The position numbers and the translations under genes are program-made. DNA of 62,738 bases, the filler included, from Bonamia ostreae (taxonomy: Eukaryota): assembly GCA_040357525.1 (NCBI GenBank). It is 12 parts of 12 records of this genome, joined end to end, with 100 filler letters (N's around TTAATTAATTAA, not from the genome) between each part and the next. Parts side by side here need not be neighbours in the genome. Positions count along the whole stretch, not along the records: positions 47,304 to 52,393 come from JBDODL010000228.1; positions 52,494 to 57,570 come from JBDODL010000229.1; positions 57,671 to 62,738 come from JBDODL010000231.1; 9 more parts are not named here. The stretch is one strand, 5' to 3'. Below the pieces are notes generated by a model that was given only the letters and a program-made list of their open reading frames with translations, was not told the DNA's origin and searched no databases. Positions 50,916 through 62,738 of the stretch are shown piece after piece (positions within the stretch are counted from its first letter, which is position 1; every line of letters begins with the position of its first letter).

Positions 50916-51338
50916 ATGTCCATGTTCTTCCTACTTGCAAACCTGTTGCAGTTCGCCCCTTATTTGGCCCAAACAAAGAGCAATCACTGCAAAGTCGAAA
51001 TAGACGACAGAATCTACAAAAACACAATTAAAACAAGATTTTGGCTGAAAACGGGGACCTTCCTCTATTTGGCGTGCCGCTTCTCGCAGACAAAAGTGGT
51101 TTTTCGTTGCGAAGAAATTGATTTCAAACCAACATTGACCAAAACTTCCGAATGCCCTTATCCTATTTGCGAGAAAATCGGCAACGCAGTTAGCTATGAA
51201 TGCACTGATGGCGATTGTGAAAAAAAAGTAAGCAAAGAATTTGATGTTAATTTCAATCACACTTTGATCATTCCGAGAATCGCGAAAATAGCTTGCAAGC
51301 CTAACGGAACTGTCAAAATGGAATATTCATATGCTTAA
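50916..51338 (+). CDS. Orphan small secreted Cys-rich protein (weak sushi/CCP-like spacing)
   Basis: Signal-like MSMFFLLANLLQFAPYLA, 8 Cys, motifs GTFLYLAC and IACKPNGT. Confidence 0.6.
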   Translation: MSMFFLLANLLQFAPYLAQTKSNHCKVEIDDRIYKNTIKTRFWLKTGTFLYLACRFSQTKVVFRCEEIDFKPTLTKTSECPYPICEKIGNAVSYECTDGDCEKKVSKEFDVNFNHTLIIPRIAKIACKPNGTVKMEYSYA

Positions 51339-51668
51339 ATAAATGCGAAAGAGATCTTATTTTTGCCGCTTTTTTGTTTCAATTCGTTATGAAAGTCATT
51401 GTTACTAAATATTTGCCGCATTTAGCTATTTTGTCTCATTAAATATTTTTAGTTGTTTTGTCACATTAAAATATTTCAAAATCAATGTTGCCATTTTTAA
51501 ATATTATTTGCCGTTTCGTACAAATATTATTTCAAAATCTCAAGTTTTGACGTTTTTGATCTACAGTTTTTGATTTGATAATTTTTTGCAGTACAAATTT
51601 TAGCCATTAAAATTTTGAGATTGAACAGACAAAAAGAGTTGTCGATTTCAACAACAGTCGAAAATATT

Positions 51669-52393
51669 TTATCTTTCGCGCTTAAAGTTTTTTGTTGTTC
51701 TCATTTGAGATAAAAGAGCGATGTCGTTGTCGCTCAAATTTTTCAGTTTCTGCCATTTTTCTATGTCTTTTCTAGTTTGCTCTTCGCCTTGTAATTTATT
51801 TAGCGCCTTCAGCGCCATTTCCGCCAATTTGGCAATTTTCGTCTTGTTGATTTTGACAACTTTTGCTCGTTCAGCCGATTTTCTCAGCTGCGAACAAATC
51901 GATTCTTTTTTGATGTATTCCGAGTTCTCCAACGTTTCAAGTTTTGCAGCGTATTCGCCGATCGAAGAAGGCTGTCCCGTCTGTTCCAACAAAACGGCTT
52001 CATGCACCATTTTCGACAAAAGTTCCATCGCTCTGTGTTTGTTGCTGTTTTTGGTGGCCATCTCTTCGCATTTCAATTCGATGACATTTTCTTTGATCAG
52101 ATCCGGGAAAAGAGCGCGCAAGTTCGCCTTCACAGCGGACGAAAAATTGTTTAAAGAGAGCTTAAAGATAGTCAAGACAACTTTCAGAACGATTTTGCGA
52201 TCTCTCGCGATGTTCGCTGCGGTCTCCAGTCCGATTCCCGGGGAATGGTGCGAGACTGAGCAGAACTGAATGTGCAAATCGGAGAGATAAGGGAAATCGG
52301 CTTTGACGAGCGACTTCATTTTCTGATAGTTTGATCGCTGTTCGAAAATCTGACTTTGAAGAGTTTCGTACATCTTTCTCGACAAACCTATTT
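51669..52393 (-). CDS. Mitoribosomal small-subunit protein mS35 (Rsm24)-like (5' truncated)
   Basis: RKIVLK-LSL...NVIELKCEEMATKNSNKHRAMELLSKMVHEA resembles the mS35 pattern RKVVL...IKMSCEKF...QNKRY...LIxEA after removing a 21-nt intron at 52161-52181. Confidence 0.55.
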
Positions 52394-52493
52394 NNNNNNN
52401 NNNNNNNNNNNNNNNNNNNNNNNNNNNNNNNNNNNNNTTAATTAATTAANNNNNNNNNNNNNNNNNNNNNNNNNNNNNNNNNNNNNNNNNNNN

Positions 52494-55400
52494 CTTTTAT
52501 ATTTTTATAGCGACCTGTTGAAACACAGAACCCAAAAAATGATAAAATTGATAGACAAAAATTTTTCAGATATTCTAAAATTTTTTGAATTGGCTAAACA
52601 CGTCGAATGCGCGGATCCAATTATCAGAATTTTCTGCCAAATTCTTAAAAACTCGCCGATGCTAAAAAGGTCCCAAAACATTAAGAACATTCTTTGCAGA
52701 GAACTGTTCGCCAATTTGGAGGAACAGCGCATTGATAAGCAGATTTATACCTTAATCTTTGGCATTGCAATGGGCAATTATTTTGACAAATTGGATTACA
52801 AAAATTCTATAAGCGGAAATAACGTTTTTGTTTATATCAAATTTTAGCTTTTGACAAAATTTTGGCAATAAATCAACAAAATATAATAAATATTCAATTT
52901 ACAAAATAAATTTGTCCAATATCATTTCTATAAAGCTATTTTCTAAAAATCTAATATCATATTCACAATAATTAATTTTATAAATATTCTAATAAAAAAG
53001 ACGATAAAGAACTCGATAGCGATGTCATTTTTACTGAAAAACATTAAAAACATGTCTTATAAAATGAAACTTGATTTCTGTTTGGACTTGAACATTCTTT
53101 TCCAAAACAAATCTAATATTGTTAAAAATTTTTAATACCAAATTTTATATTTTTAACATTCAATCCAGACAAAGTTTGCTCAGATCAATATGTGGGAAAC
53201 TCATTTTATGATGTTTTGGATGAAAACCAACAACAAAATTTATAACACTCATTCGGAAATTCAAGTAATGAAAGCTCTCGCGATTGAAAATTGCACAACA
53301 GTTTTGTTGCATCAAATGGAATCTAATGAAGATTCGGCAATGCCGTTATTTAATTTAATCGTTTGTACCCGAAAAGCCATTTTTGTTTTTTTATAATTTT
53401 ATAAAAATTGCAAAATTTTTTCAAAACAAAATTTTTCGAATTTTGAAATGCAAAATTTAAAATTGCTCAAAAAGATAAAAGAAAATGAAAAAAGAGATAA
53501 TATAAAAAGAGCAAAAATCAGAGTAAAGATATTAGACGACCTTTTTAGTAAAATTTTTACCATTTTGGAACTTCACTCCTTTAAATTTGACGAAGCAAAT
53601 TTAGTTCCTGAAACTTATAAAAAGTTTAAATTTAAAAATTTTGCTATTTGAATTAGTTTGATGATAATAAATTTGAAATGATTGACAATAAAATTTTTTG
53701 GTTAAATGTTAATTAAAAGCATTCAAAAATTCAAAAACTTGGAAGGAATTTTAGATTTCGCCGAATATATTCTCATTCGAATTGAAGATTTAATTGGTTT
53801 TATCGAATCATGTGATCAAAATTGCAAAATTTTAACAATGTAAATTTTAAAGTTCATTTTAATACGGACACAATTCTATCAATAATTTCAATGCTGAAAA
53901 AAATTATTTATTTAAATGTTCGATTGGGGCTCTTAAAAAATTCAAAAGAAGTTTTAATTAATATTTGACAATAAAAATTGACAATAAAATCGAAATTTGA
54001 TAATAAATTGGCAATAAATCGAAATTTAACAATAAAAATTGTCAAAAAAAAAGAGATTATACAGAATAATAATGACAGTCGTAAAACTAAATTTAGAAGA
54101 TGATAGTTACAGCATATTCTTACTCGACATTATCCGGATTGTAACAAAGATTTTTAAAATGGGATGTGAATATCAAGAAGAAAAAATGTCAATCTATTTT
54201 ATCGCAAAACAATTGTTTTTGCAAACAAGAATCATTGAGAACCCAAAAATAAAGCTCGTTTTCACCGAAAGAATGGTCAAAATGGTTAAATTTTATTCGC
54301 CAAAATATTTATTTGGATTAACACACGATCTTAATAAAATTAATTTTGATGTTGTCGAAAAAATGTTTGGGCTCGGAAATCCTAAGATTTCTGACGAACA
54401 TGCAATGACAGTTTTTTATTTTTGTCAAATTTAAATTTTTGTTAAATCAAATAATTTAGTTTTATCAAAATTTTGAATTTTTTTAATATTAAATTTTTGT
54501 TGTTCTATAAATTTTGAAATTCTAAATTTTAAAAAAGATAAGTCACAAATTTTTGAAAACATCCAAAATGAATGTCGATAAAATGTATTCGCATCTTGAT
54601 TTGCTACAAAAATTCAACAGAAAAGAATCGAATAAAAATGTCATCAACTTTTTAGAATTTCTTGGCAAACCTAATAACCAAAAAAAGTAAAATTAAATAA
54701 CAATTGATCAAAATTTTATTAAAAAATTGATCAAAATTAAAAATTGCAAAATCGATTTTTTGATTATTTCAAAAACAAAAAGAGCAAAAAGATCTCAAAA
54801 AGTTAAATTAGAGAAAAGCAAAATAATATCGGATTCAAAAATACGAAGAAAAATAATTTATTTTATGAAAAATTATTTAAAAAGCCGTCAAGCGCATTGT
54901 AATACAAATGATTGTAACAACGGACAAGGAGTCTTTGCTCTTGACATTATTGGTCAACATTAATCAATTTTTAACTAGCAAAATTTTTATAATTTTTGAG
55001 AAAATTTTTTGCTTAAAAAACTTTTGTCAAATTTTAGTTTCGGAAAAGAATACAAGAACAGTCACCAAATATTCTCCGTTCGCAACGATTACAAAATCAA
55101 AAATGATAAAACACAGTTTAGACTCTCCATTTACACCGATTAAACTACAAATACCGGTCCCAAAAACAGCGGATACTTTCTATCCAATTTCAGGTTTTAG
55201 ATAAATTTTGTTAATAAAAAGTTACAAAAAAAAACAAAAAAGACGACAATCAAAAAGAATGGAAAGAAAATGCCGAAAATAGGAAAATTTTAGATTATAT
55301 AAATTGGGTAACGCCGAAAATTAGAAAATTTGGCAAAATCGAAAAATGGCTTCCGTGCAAACTAGTCATTGCCTCATCTCAAATGTACGGAATAGTTTGT

Positions 55401-57569
55401 CTTTCGGATACTCATTTTGGTTTCTTTGGAGGTACCAAGAAAACTGCCTTTCTAAATTTGAGTCTAAATGACGACGATAACGGAATGGAAGATCTTATGG
55501 AAGAGGAAATGGACGAAATTGGAATCGATATAGATTTGCTGGATAAAGAAAAAATGGTTGAATCAGAAATTTGGAACTGTTGCTTTCGATATTGGAAAAT
55601 TTTGCAAATCTTTCCGAGAAAAATATTTTTGGAGGGCCACGCGTTGGAACTATTTGTTGCTTCGCATGGCAGTTTTATTGTTGTTTTGAAAGGTTTATAT
55701 AAATTAAAATTATCGACGATTTTTTACTGTATTATTATTTTGAAAATTTGATTAAATATTTATCGATTTTTTTGAAGTTTTATTATTTTGAAAAATTATC
55801 GACGATTTTTGAAGTTTTATTATTTTGAATCGATTTTTTGAAGTTTTATTATTTAGAAAATTTATTTAAAAAAGTATCCACGATTTTTGCAGTTTTATTA
55901 TTTTGAATCGATTTTTTTGCAGTTTTATTATTTAGAAAATTTATTTATCGACGATTTTTGCAGTTTTATTATTTTGAAAATTTGATTGAAAAAATTTGAA
56001 AAAAATCAAAAATTTAAGACAAAACATCGAAAGACGAATTGCTCAAATCTCTTTCCGTTAAAACAAATCTCCATATTGAAACAGATCCCGTCAAACGCTT
56101 CTTCTATTCCGGCTCCGTCAAAGAATGGCAAACCGGTGCCATCAGCAACTTCGAATTCCTGTTGCGCCTCAACACTTTCTCCGGACGAACCTTCAACGAC
56201 GTCACGCAATATCCCGTCTTCCCGTGGATAATCAGGGACTACAAAAGCGAATCGATAAACTTGTCGTCCGCGGAGACGTTCCGGGATTTGTCGAAACCGA
56301 TGGGCGCTTTAAACGCGGACTCGGCGAAAGAGACAAAAAAGCGCTTTGAAGAGATTGCAAAGGATAACAAGCAAATGCCACCATTTCATTACGGGACAAT
56401 GTACTCGAGTGCAGCGATTGTGTTGGAATTTCTTATGCGGTTGGAGCCTTACACAGAAATGTACACAAATTTTCACGTTTTTGATGTGTTGTAACAACAA
56501 CAATTTTGTTTTCAATGTGTTGTAACAACATTAATTTCGTTTTCGATGTGTTGTAACAACATCAATTTTGATAAAAGGACGGAAACTTTGATCTGCCGGA
56601 TAGAATATTTTTCTCGATCGAAAGCAGTTGGAATCTAGCGGCAACGTCAATATCAGACGTGCGAGAGTTGATCCCGGAATTCTTTAACTTTCCGGAAATT
56701 TTCAAAAATGTAAATGGTCTCAATTTTGGAAACAGACAAGATGGCTCTGTCGTCGTTTTTAAGATTTCGCAAAAAATTTAAATTTAAAGAACGATGTCAT
56801 TCTTCCGCCGTGGGCAAAAAGCGCTGAAGAATTTGTATCGATAAACAGAGCAGCACTTGGTTTTCAGAAAAAACTTTTAAGAATCCGATTTCGTCTCTAA
56901 TCAGTTGCACAAATGGGTCGATCTGATTTTTGGCTACAAACAAATGGGCAGCGAAGCAGAGAAAGCACAGAATGTCTTTCATCATCTTATGTACCACAAA
57001 AACGAGAATTTTGAAAATATAAAAGATGAAAATCTCAAGTTTATTTTTCAAAAATTTGTAACATTTTTGTTCAATGAAGAGAAGCGACCAAAACGCAAAT
57101 TTCGAACTTTGGGCAAGTACCGATTCAAATTTTAAAAACACCGTGTCCGAAGAAAATGATACATTCTGAATTCGCAAATTCGCCAACTAGAATAATTTTT
57201 GAACGCAACACTTTTCATATTGGCAACATTGACGATTTAAAAGAAAGTTTGAAACTGGACAGATTAGTTTTGATGCTTTTAAGCAGTTGCTTTGTTGTTT
57301 TTTTCATTATTTTCATAACCGATTGTCCCCAAAAATTTTGTTTTTTTTTATTGTGAACATAATTAATTGACCAAATCAAACATTGAAAGAAAAACACGAT
57401 ATCAAAGTTTCCGAAATTGTTTTACAATGAAGAATTTGATGATTTGATAAACAACGAAAATTTTACCAGAAAAAGCAACTTTTCAGAAGATAATTTCTTT
57501 AGAAATTCAAATATTTGGGACAAAGCGAAAATTGCCACAGCTATTATATACGACAAATCAAAGTTTTTA
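52494..57569 (+). CDS. BEACH-domain protein (neurobeachin/LRBA-like; both ends truncated)
   Basis: WQTGAISNFEFLLRLNTFSGRTFNDVTQYPVFPW, FRDLSKPMG, FHYGTMYSS, DVRELIPEFF, VILPPWA, LHKWVDLIFGYKQ. Upstream PH-like exons. Confidence 0.9.
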
Positions 57570-57670
57570 ANNNNNNNNNNNNNNNNNNNNNNNNNNNNNN
57601 NNNNNNNNNNNNNNTTAATTAATTAANNNNNNNNNNNNNNNNNNNNNNNNNNNNNNNNNNNNNNNNNNNN

Positions 57671-59148
57671 TTGTTCGATAAAAAAAATTTGTTCGTTAAA
57701 AAATTTTGTTATCACTAATTAGCCAAAAATGCGAAAAATAGCCAAATAGAAATTCAAGAACATTCCTCGTTTGTTTGAGCGTCAATCGCTTTTTTGAAAT
57801 AATTGGATTGCATGATCGTTCTCACCGGTTCATACAAAGCGTCTCTATTCAAAGAGTCGATGTCGGAACCCGAAAATCCCTTAAATTCTTTTAAAAACTT
57901 CTGTTCTCCCGGCCAATTGTTCAAAGTCCTCTTCGCAAAGCTCATTTGGCGATTTTGCGATGAAGCTTCTAAACATCGCTTTCCGGGCCTCTTCATCGGG
58001 AAGAGGAATATAAACACGTTTTTCGAACCTTCTTCTTATAGCGGGGTCCAATTCCCACGGCATGTTGGTCGCGCCGAGCACCAAGACTTTTTCGTTGCTT
58101 TTGCCGACGCCTTGCATTTGGACCAGAAATTCGGTTTTGATTCGTCTCGTCGAATCGTTTTCGCCGTCAGTCCTGTTCCCGCAAAGCGAGTCGATTTCGT
58201 CGATAAATATGATCGCCGGGGACGATTTTCGGGCCTTAAAATCTGGATTGATTACGCTTTCGAAAAGGGCTCTGACGAGCTTTTCCGATTCGCCGAGGTA
58301 CTTCGAAACCAAATCTGAAGAAGACACGGAGAAGAAAGTCGAGTTGTTGGCTTCGGTCGCTACCGCTTTCGCGAGGAAACTTTTGCCGGTGCCGGGAGGA
58401 CCGTACAAAAGGATCCCTTTCCAAGGCTTTCGGTTTCCGGTGAAGAGCTGCGGAAATTTGATCGGGAGAATTACGGCTTCTTTCAACATATTTTTGGCTG
58501 CTTCCAGACCGGCTACGTCAGTCCACTATTTTTAATCGATTTCAGATTACATTTTTAATAAAGCTTGTTACGGTGATTGCAATTATAAGATTAAATCTTA
58601 ATAATCAAAGCTACAAGCTTTTTAGATTTTTAGCTAATTAAATAGTTTGTGACAACATGTTTTCCGACAAAAGTGGCAAATAAGCTGTAAAAGTGTTAGC
58701 GATATTACGTAATTGAAAATCCGAAACTTTAATGTTGGGCTTTTCTATAACAATTGCGCTGGAAAGCGCCTTTTCCATTTTGTTTCGTTCGTCGTTTGCT
58801 TCGTCTTTGTCGCTCAAGTCGTTGTTTGTGTTGCTTTCCTAAACTTAAATTAAAGAACGTTGTTGTGCTGCTGCTTCATCTTGGACATGTTCGCTTTCAA
58901 ATATTCAGCGCGTTCAATATATTTGTTTGCCTTCTCCGTCAACGTTTGTTTCAGCTTTTTGTTTTTTTCGTATTGTGCGCCTTTCACGAGATGTTGAGTG
59001 CCATAGACATACTATTTTGTATATAAAAACGTTTTTCAGCGCCAGTTCATATTCGCCCTTTAAAATTCAATATGAAAACTTTGTCGTCTGCTTCAACTGC
59101 AGTCTTAATGGCCTCAATCCCTTTATTGATAAAATTGCTTCCGCTCAT
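57671..59148 (-). CDS. VPS4: ESCRT AAA ATPase Vps4 (3' truncated)
   Basis: MIT domain exons, [68 protein letters not shown]. Confidence 0.95.
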
Positions 59149-59319
59149 TATTTCAAATTTTAATATAGTCTTTATAGATCTTTTGAATATAATTGGCTAT
59201 TCTCGATATTAATGGCGTTCTACTTAGTTTAGCGTTCGATGTTAGTAGCTAAACTTAAATTATTTGTATAAAATCTTCAGAGCGTTAACTTTCGAGCATT
59301 CGATTTGCGCAATATAAAA

Positions 59320-59400
59320 ACGACAATGGCGCGATGGCTCAGTCGTTCGAACTAAGCGCATGTTTTGTGAGTGCATGGGTTCGAATCTTGGTGTTGTCGT
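59320..59400 (+). ncRNA. tRNA-like element with Pol III A and B boxes, identity unknown
   Basis: Terminal stem (AA)ACGACAA/TTGTCGT(TT), A box TGGCGCGATGG at 59327-59337, B box GGTTCGAATC at 59378-59387. No canonical anticodon arm or variable region. Confidence 0.5.
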
Positions 59401-59727
59401 TTCCAAACTGTTTTCAAAGCGGGAGAAGTAGTTTTATCTGTGACTAAGGTTGCCCCTAAAACTTGAGACCTTGAATGTCTGCACTAAACAATGGACAGCC
59501 CCAAATTCCAACTTTAATGTAAATGTTATCCAAATTTTTTAAATGGCGAATGATGTCTTAGCATTTTTATTGAATGGCCAGATTAGTCAAATTTCATATT
59601 ATTTTTCGTATAAAAAACTTTGTACAAAATAACATCACAATTATTATTTTCTATTCGCCAGAAATCAAAATTTTGTGGTGCTAAGATTAAAGTTTACACC
59701 ACAAAATTACTTAAAATTTCATTAAAA

Positions 59728-62700
59728 ATGTCTTCCAGCAAAATAAAACCTTTACATACCTTAAAGCCATTTGATAACAGCATCGATATTCTTCACAAAA
59801 AGTTGGTTAAGAATCGCCATGAAGCGATTTGCAAATGGATAAACTTGTTACTAGATCGCGATGTAGTGAGCGAATCCTGCATGTCCAAAGCATTTCATGA
59901 TTTTACTCTTTATTACGAAATTCTTGAGAAAATAACAAATTTTAGTTTTGACCAAAAAATCCTTTTGGGACTAGAAAAATTATGTTTTTTAATTAACCCG
60001 TTTTGCAGATGAATTTTGCGATAATTTGAATTTAATCGGCATTGGTACAGGTCCTCCACTAAACAAACGTTTCTTTCCTTGCCTTTTACTCCAAACATTT
60101 TTGAAAATCAAAATATTTACAATCAACTTTCATCTTTAAAGAAGGACTACTTGATGGCGACAAAAAACATATTTACATAATTTTATATCGTATTCTGGAT
60201 TACTTTTCGCGATTCGGTTTCAGTTCCAAAAGATCGTCAGTTTACATAGCCCCAAAACAATATATCCAGTGTTCACCACATAACGACCATTTCACGTGGT
60301 TAGAAGAATTATTAGGAAAGAGTCTTAACCGTAGTAAAATTTTAGTAGAAAACGCAAAGACTGTAATTTGCGACTGCGTAGACAAAATTGTAACAAGATA
60401 TCACTTCCGGAAAAACAAAATTAGCGACTCCCTTCAAGACAAAACTTCTTTACAGAAAGTAGAGCGCAACTTCAAAATTTTAGAGACTGAATTAAAAGTA
60501 CCTCACGTCTTCGATACTCGATCACTGCTTAAAGAAGAAGTACATTCTTCTTTGATACTGATATTCATCAGCATTTTGAGAATACTCTCGACTCAAGAGG
60601 AGGAAAAAATCCCAGAATCTCCGTCATCTAAACACTTAAACGCGTTCTCCAGGTTGACCGAAGAGAAAAAGTCTTATTCCTTCAATAAACCGCCAAAATG
60701 TGTCGTAAGAATTGAAGACTTGAAAAAATGGACGAACAGAGATGTCTTAAACTGGTTAAGTTCCATCAGTAACTTCAATTACAACACTTTCTATTCCAAG
60801 TTCCACAAAAAACGGGTCGACGGCAAAATTCTTGCCCGATTCGGTGTTTCCGACGCCATTGACATGATCAGTGACGCGGAACAAAGAAATATATTTAAAA
60901 GAGCTTTAAGTAATCTCCGACTCAAAAACGGTTAAATATTTTAAATCGATAGAAACGGAATTTGAATTGAAGTCTAAGTTGTTCATTGAAACAACAGAAG
61001 TTGTTATCGGCCCTGTCATCGGACTGGTAACAAGTACTTCTGTCAGAATACTATTTGAATTTTACAACGCATTTCTAGTGTACGTTTTTATCTGTTGCAA
61101 TTAAATAGCAAAAGTACCCGATAACGGTGAACCTTCAATCAAACTTAGATAATGTGTCAATAACGAAAAGAGTGAATTCCAACAAACCGGTTGTTTTTGT
61201 ATTCCAGAACCTGAAACCGGGAACACAGTACGCTGTTACCATCGAAGTTTATTTGAATCCAAACAAAAGGGCAAAAGAACGATAAGTAGCAGATTTGTCA
61301 CGGACGACGAATCACCGGGATCCAGTCTGAGATTTGTTATGGTAAGCTGCAACGAAGTTTTGATAATTTTTCAATAAACGTAAAGGTACGTGTAACAAAG
61401 AGTTTGGAGGCGACAAAACCAGAATTAAATTTGTGGCGAAAAATAGCGATTTATGCGAAAGAACGTCGCATTGATCTCATTGTTCATGCGGGTGACCAAG
61501 TTAATTTTCGAATTCATTAAAATCGTGTCATTGGTACCAAGTTAATTTAGCTGTCACTTAAAATTAATAAAATATGATTGTTTTGATTACTTTACAAAAT
61601 ATTATTGTTGTATCAAAAAATTTGAAAAGATATATGGTGATTCTGACATTTGGTTTGGATCCCGGAAAAGTGCGTATGCTAAAAGTTTAGACATGTTGAA
61701 AAATGTTCAACCGATTTATTGGATCGAATATAAAGAAGAGATCAAAAATTTGTACAGAGAAGTCTACAGAGAAACTTGGAAACAAACAGCGCAAAGGATA
61801 GCAATGGCGAACGCAAGCAACTTGATGATATCAGACGATCATGAAATCGCGGATGATTGGGGAGAACAGCCGAAACACAGAGACAAAAAATCATTGGACT
61901 ATTTTGTTGGAGTCTGCGCACACGAAGTTTATAGAGAATATCAAGTGCAATTAAGATCGGATCTGGAAAGTATGAAATTGAAAGGAAAAGATCATTATTG
62001 TTACATTTACAAAAAGATCGCATTTGTGTTCATCGAAATGCACACTGGTAACACCATTTATTATGTTTTTATATTTAATAATTTTTTCGTAAATGTTGAT
62101 AACTACATTGTTTACAAAAGACAACAAATCAATAAAAATAATTTTATAAATGTTGGTAACAACAAATAGAAAGAAGAAGACGAACACAGATTTTTAGGAG
62201 ACAATCAATGGCGTGATTTAGAAGTTTGGTTTGACGAGGAAAATGGAGTTTTAAAAGATATCCGTTGTCTAATGCTGGTTTCACCAATTCCACTCGTTTA
62301 TGTACCAACTGCAACTGCCACGAAAGCTTCTCAATTTGAAAAAGGATTGACACAACATTGGTCTTACGGTGAGAAGAGATATGAACAAAAGAAAATGCTA
62401 GACATGTTGTTCAAATGGAAATTTTTTAAAAAAGGAAGAGAACTGATTATTCTTGGCGGTTATTTTAATGACGAAATTTATAAAATTTTGTAATCAATTT
62501 CCATTTTATTCAATTAATTGCCAAATTTTGTGATCTTTTATTCAAACAATTGTTAAATTTTGTGATCAATTTGCATTTTATTCAATTTTTATTCAAACAA
62601 TTGTTAAATTTTATCAACAATTTGCATTCTATTTCTATTCAAACAATTGTTAAATTTTGTGATCAATTTGCATTTTATTCAATTTTTATTCAAACAATTG

Positions 62701-62738
62701 TTAAATTTTGTGATCAATTTGCATTTTATTCAATTTTT
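59728..62738 (+). CDS. CH1-CH2-SAM-PhoD-type phosphatase fusion protein (3' truncated)
   Basis: CH1 AICKWINLLL...LIGIGTEGLLDGDKKHIYIILYRILDYF; CH2 NFKILETELKVPHVFD; SAM WTNRDVLNWL...FHKKRVDGKIL; PhoD GPVIGLVT, NLKPGTQY, VSCN, HAGDQ-IYGD, DDHEIADDWG, FLGDNQW. Confidence 0.8.
62500..62738. repeat. Intronic tandem repeat
   Basis: TTTTTATTCAAACAATTGTTAAATTTTGTGATCAATTTGCATTTTATTCAA units repeated about 4 times to the window end. Confidence 0.85.

Noticed and set aside
59409-59452. Resemblance to U6atac (AAAG..GAGAAG..UAG..UGAC.AAGG)
   Set aside because: The catalytic AGC triad reads AGT, the AAGGAGA box is imperfect, the ISL pairs poorly and internal T4 runs would hamper Pol III. It needs an Infernal hit before any claim.
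59438-59480. SECIS-like GTGA...AAAA...GA hairpin
   Set aside because: The quartet geometry is off-register and the site lies between two 5' ends, not in a 3' UTR.
1-62738. Stop-codon reassignment as an explanation for fragmented ORFs
   Set aside because: In the conserved genes I traced, internal stops fall inside removable introns (apart from the two flagged junctions), genes end in TAA, TAG or TGA, and tRNA-Trp has a normal CCA anticodon with a 5-bp stem.

Overview
This is not one locus. It is about 12 unrelated ~5.1-5.2 kb eukaryotic contigs joined by artificial N-TTAATTAATTAA-N spacers, so adjacency across a spacer is meaningless. The DNA comes from a compact, AT-rich, gene-dense eukaryote using the standard genetic code, with many tiny (19-29 nt) GT-AG introns that fragment the supplied ORFs. 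This resembles a reduced parasitic protist such as an ascetosporean rhizarian, but that is inference only. Genes rebuilt by hand-splicing: two TBC RabGAPs, farnesyltransferase beta, TPR nucleoporin, a bZIP factor, meiotic HOP2, TTC27, two SLC38-type amino-acid transporters, WDR75, ABCG, SEC24, IDI1, SF3A2, TAF2, an SSXT protein, EHD, NOSIP, RanBP9/10-like, SLC25A39/40, kinesin-7-like, mS35, a BEACH protein, VPS4 and several orphan secreted/membrane proteins. There is also tRNA-Trp(CCA) and a decayed LINE RT. Highlights: (1) an AT-AC intron with a perfect U12-type donor (ATATCCTTT) in the RanBP9/10-like gene, implying a minor spliceosome in a tiny-intron genome; (2) a CH-CH-SAM-PhoD phosphatase fusion; (3) major introns with GTT donors and often AAG acceptors, including several stop-less 21-nt introns; (4) an H/ACA snoRNA whose pocket matches the LSU rRNA site of yeast Psi2944; (5) a tRNA-like A/B-box element of unknown identity; (6) HOP2 and TTC27 start codons only 13 nt apart head-to-head. 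All family assignments are from remembered motifs; no database search was run.
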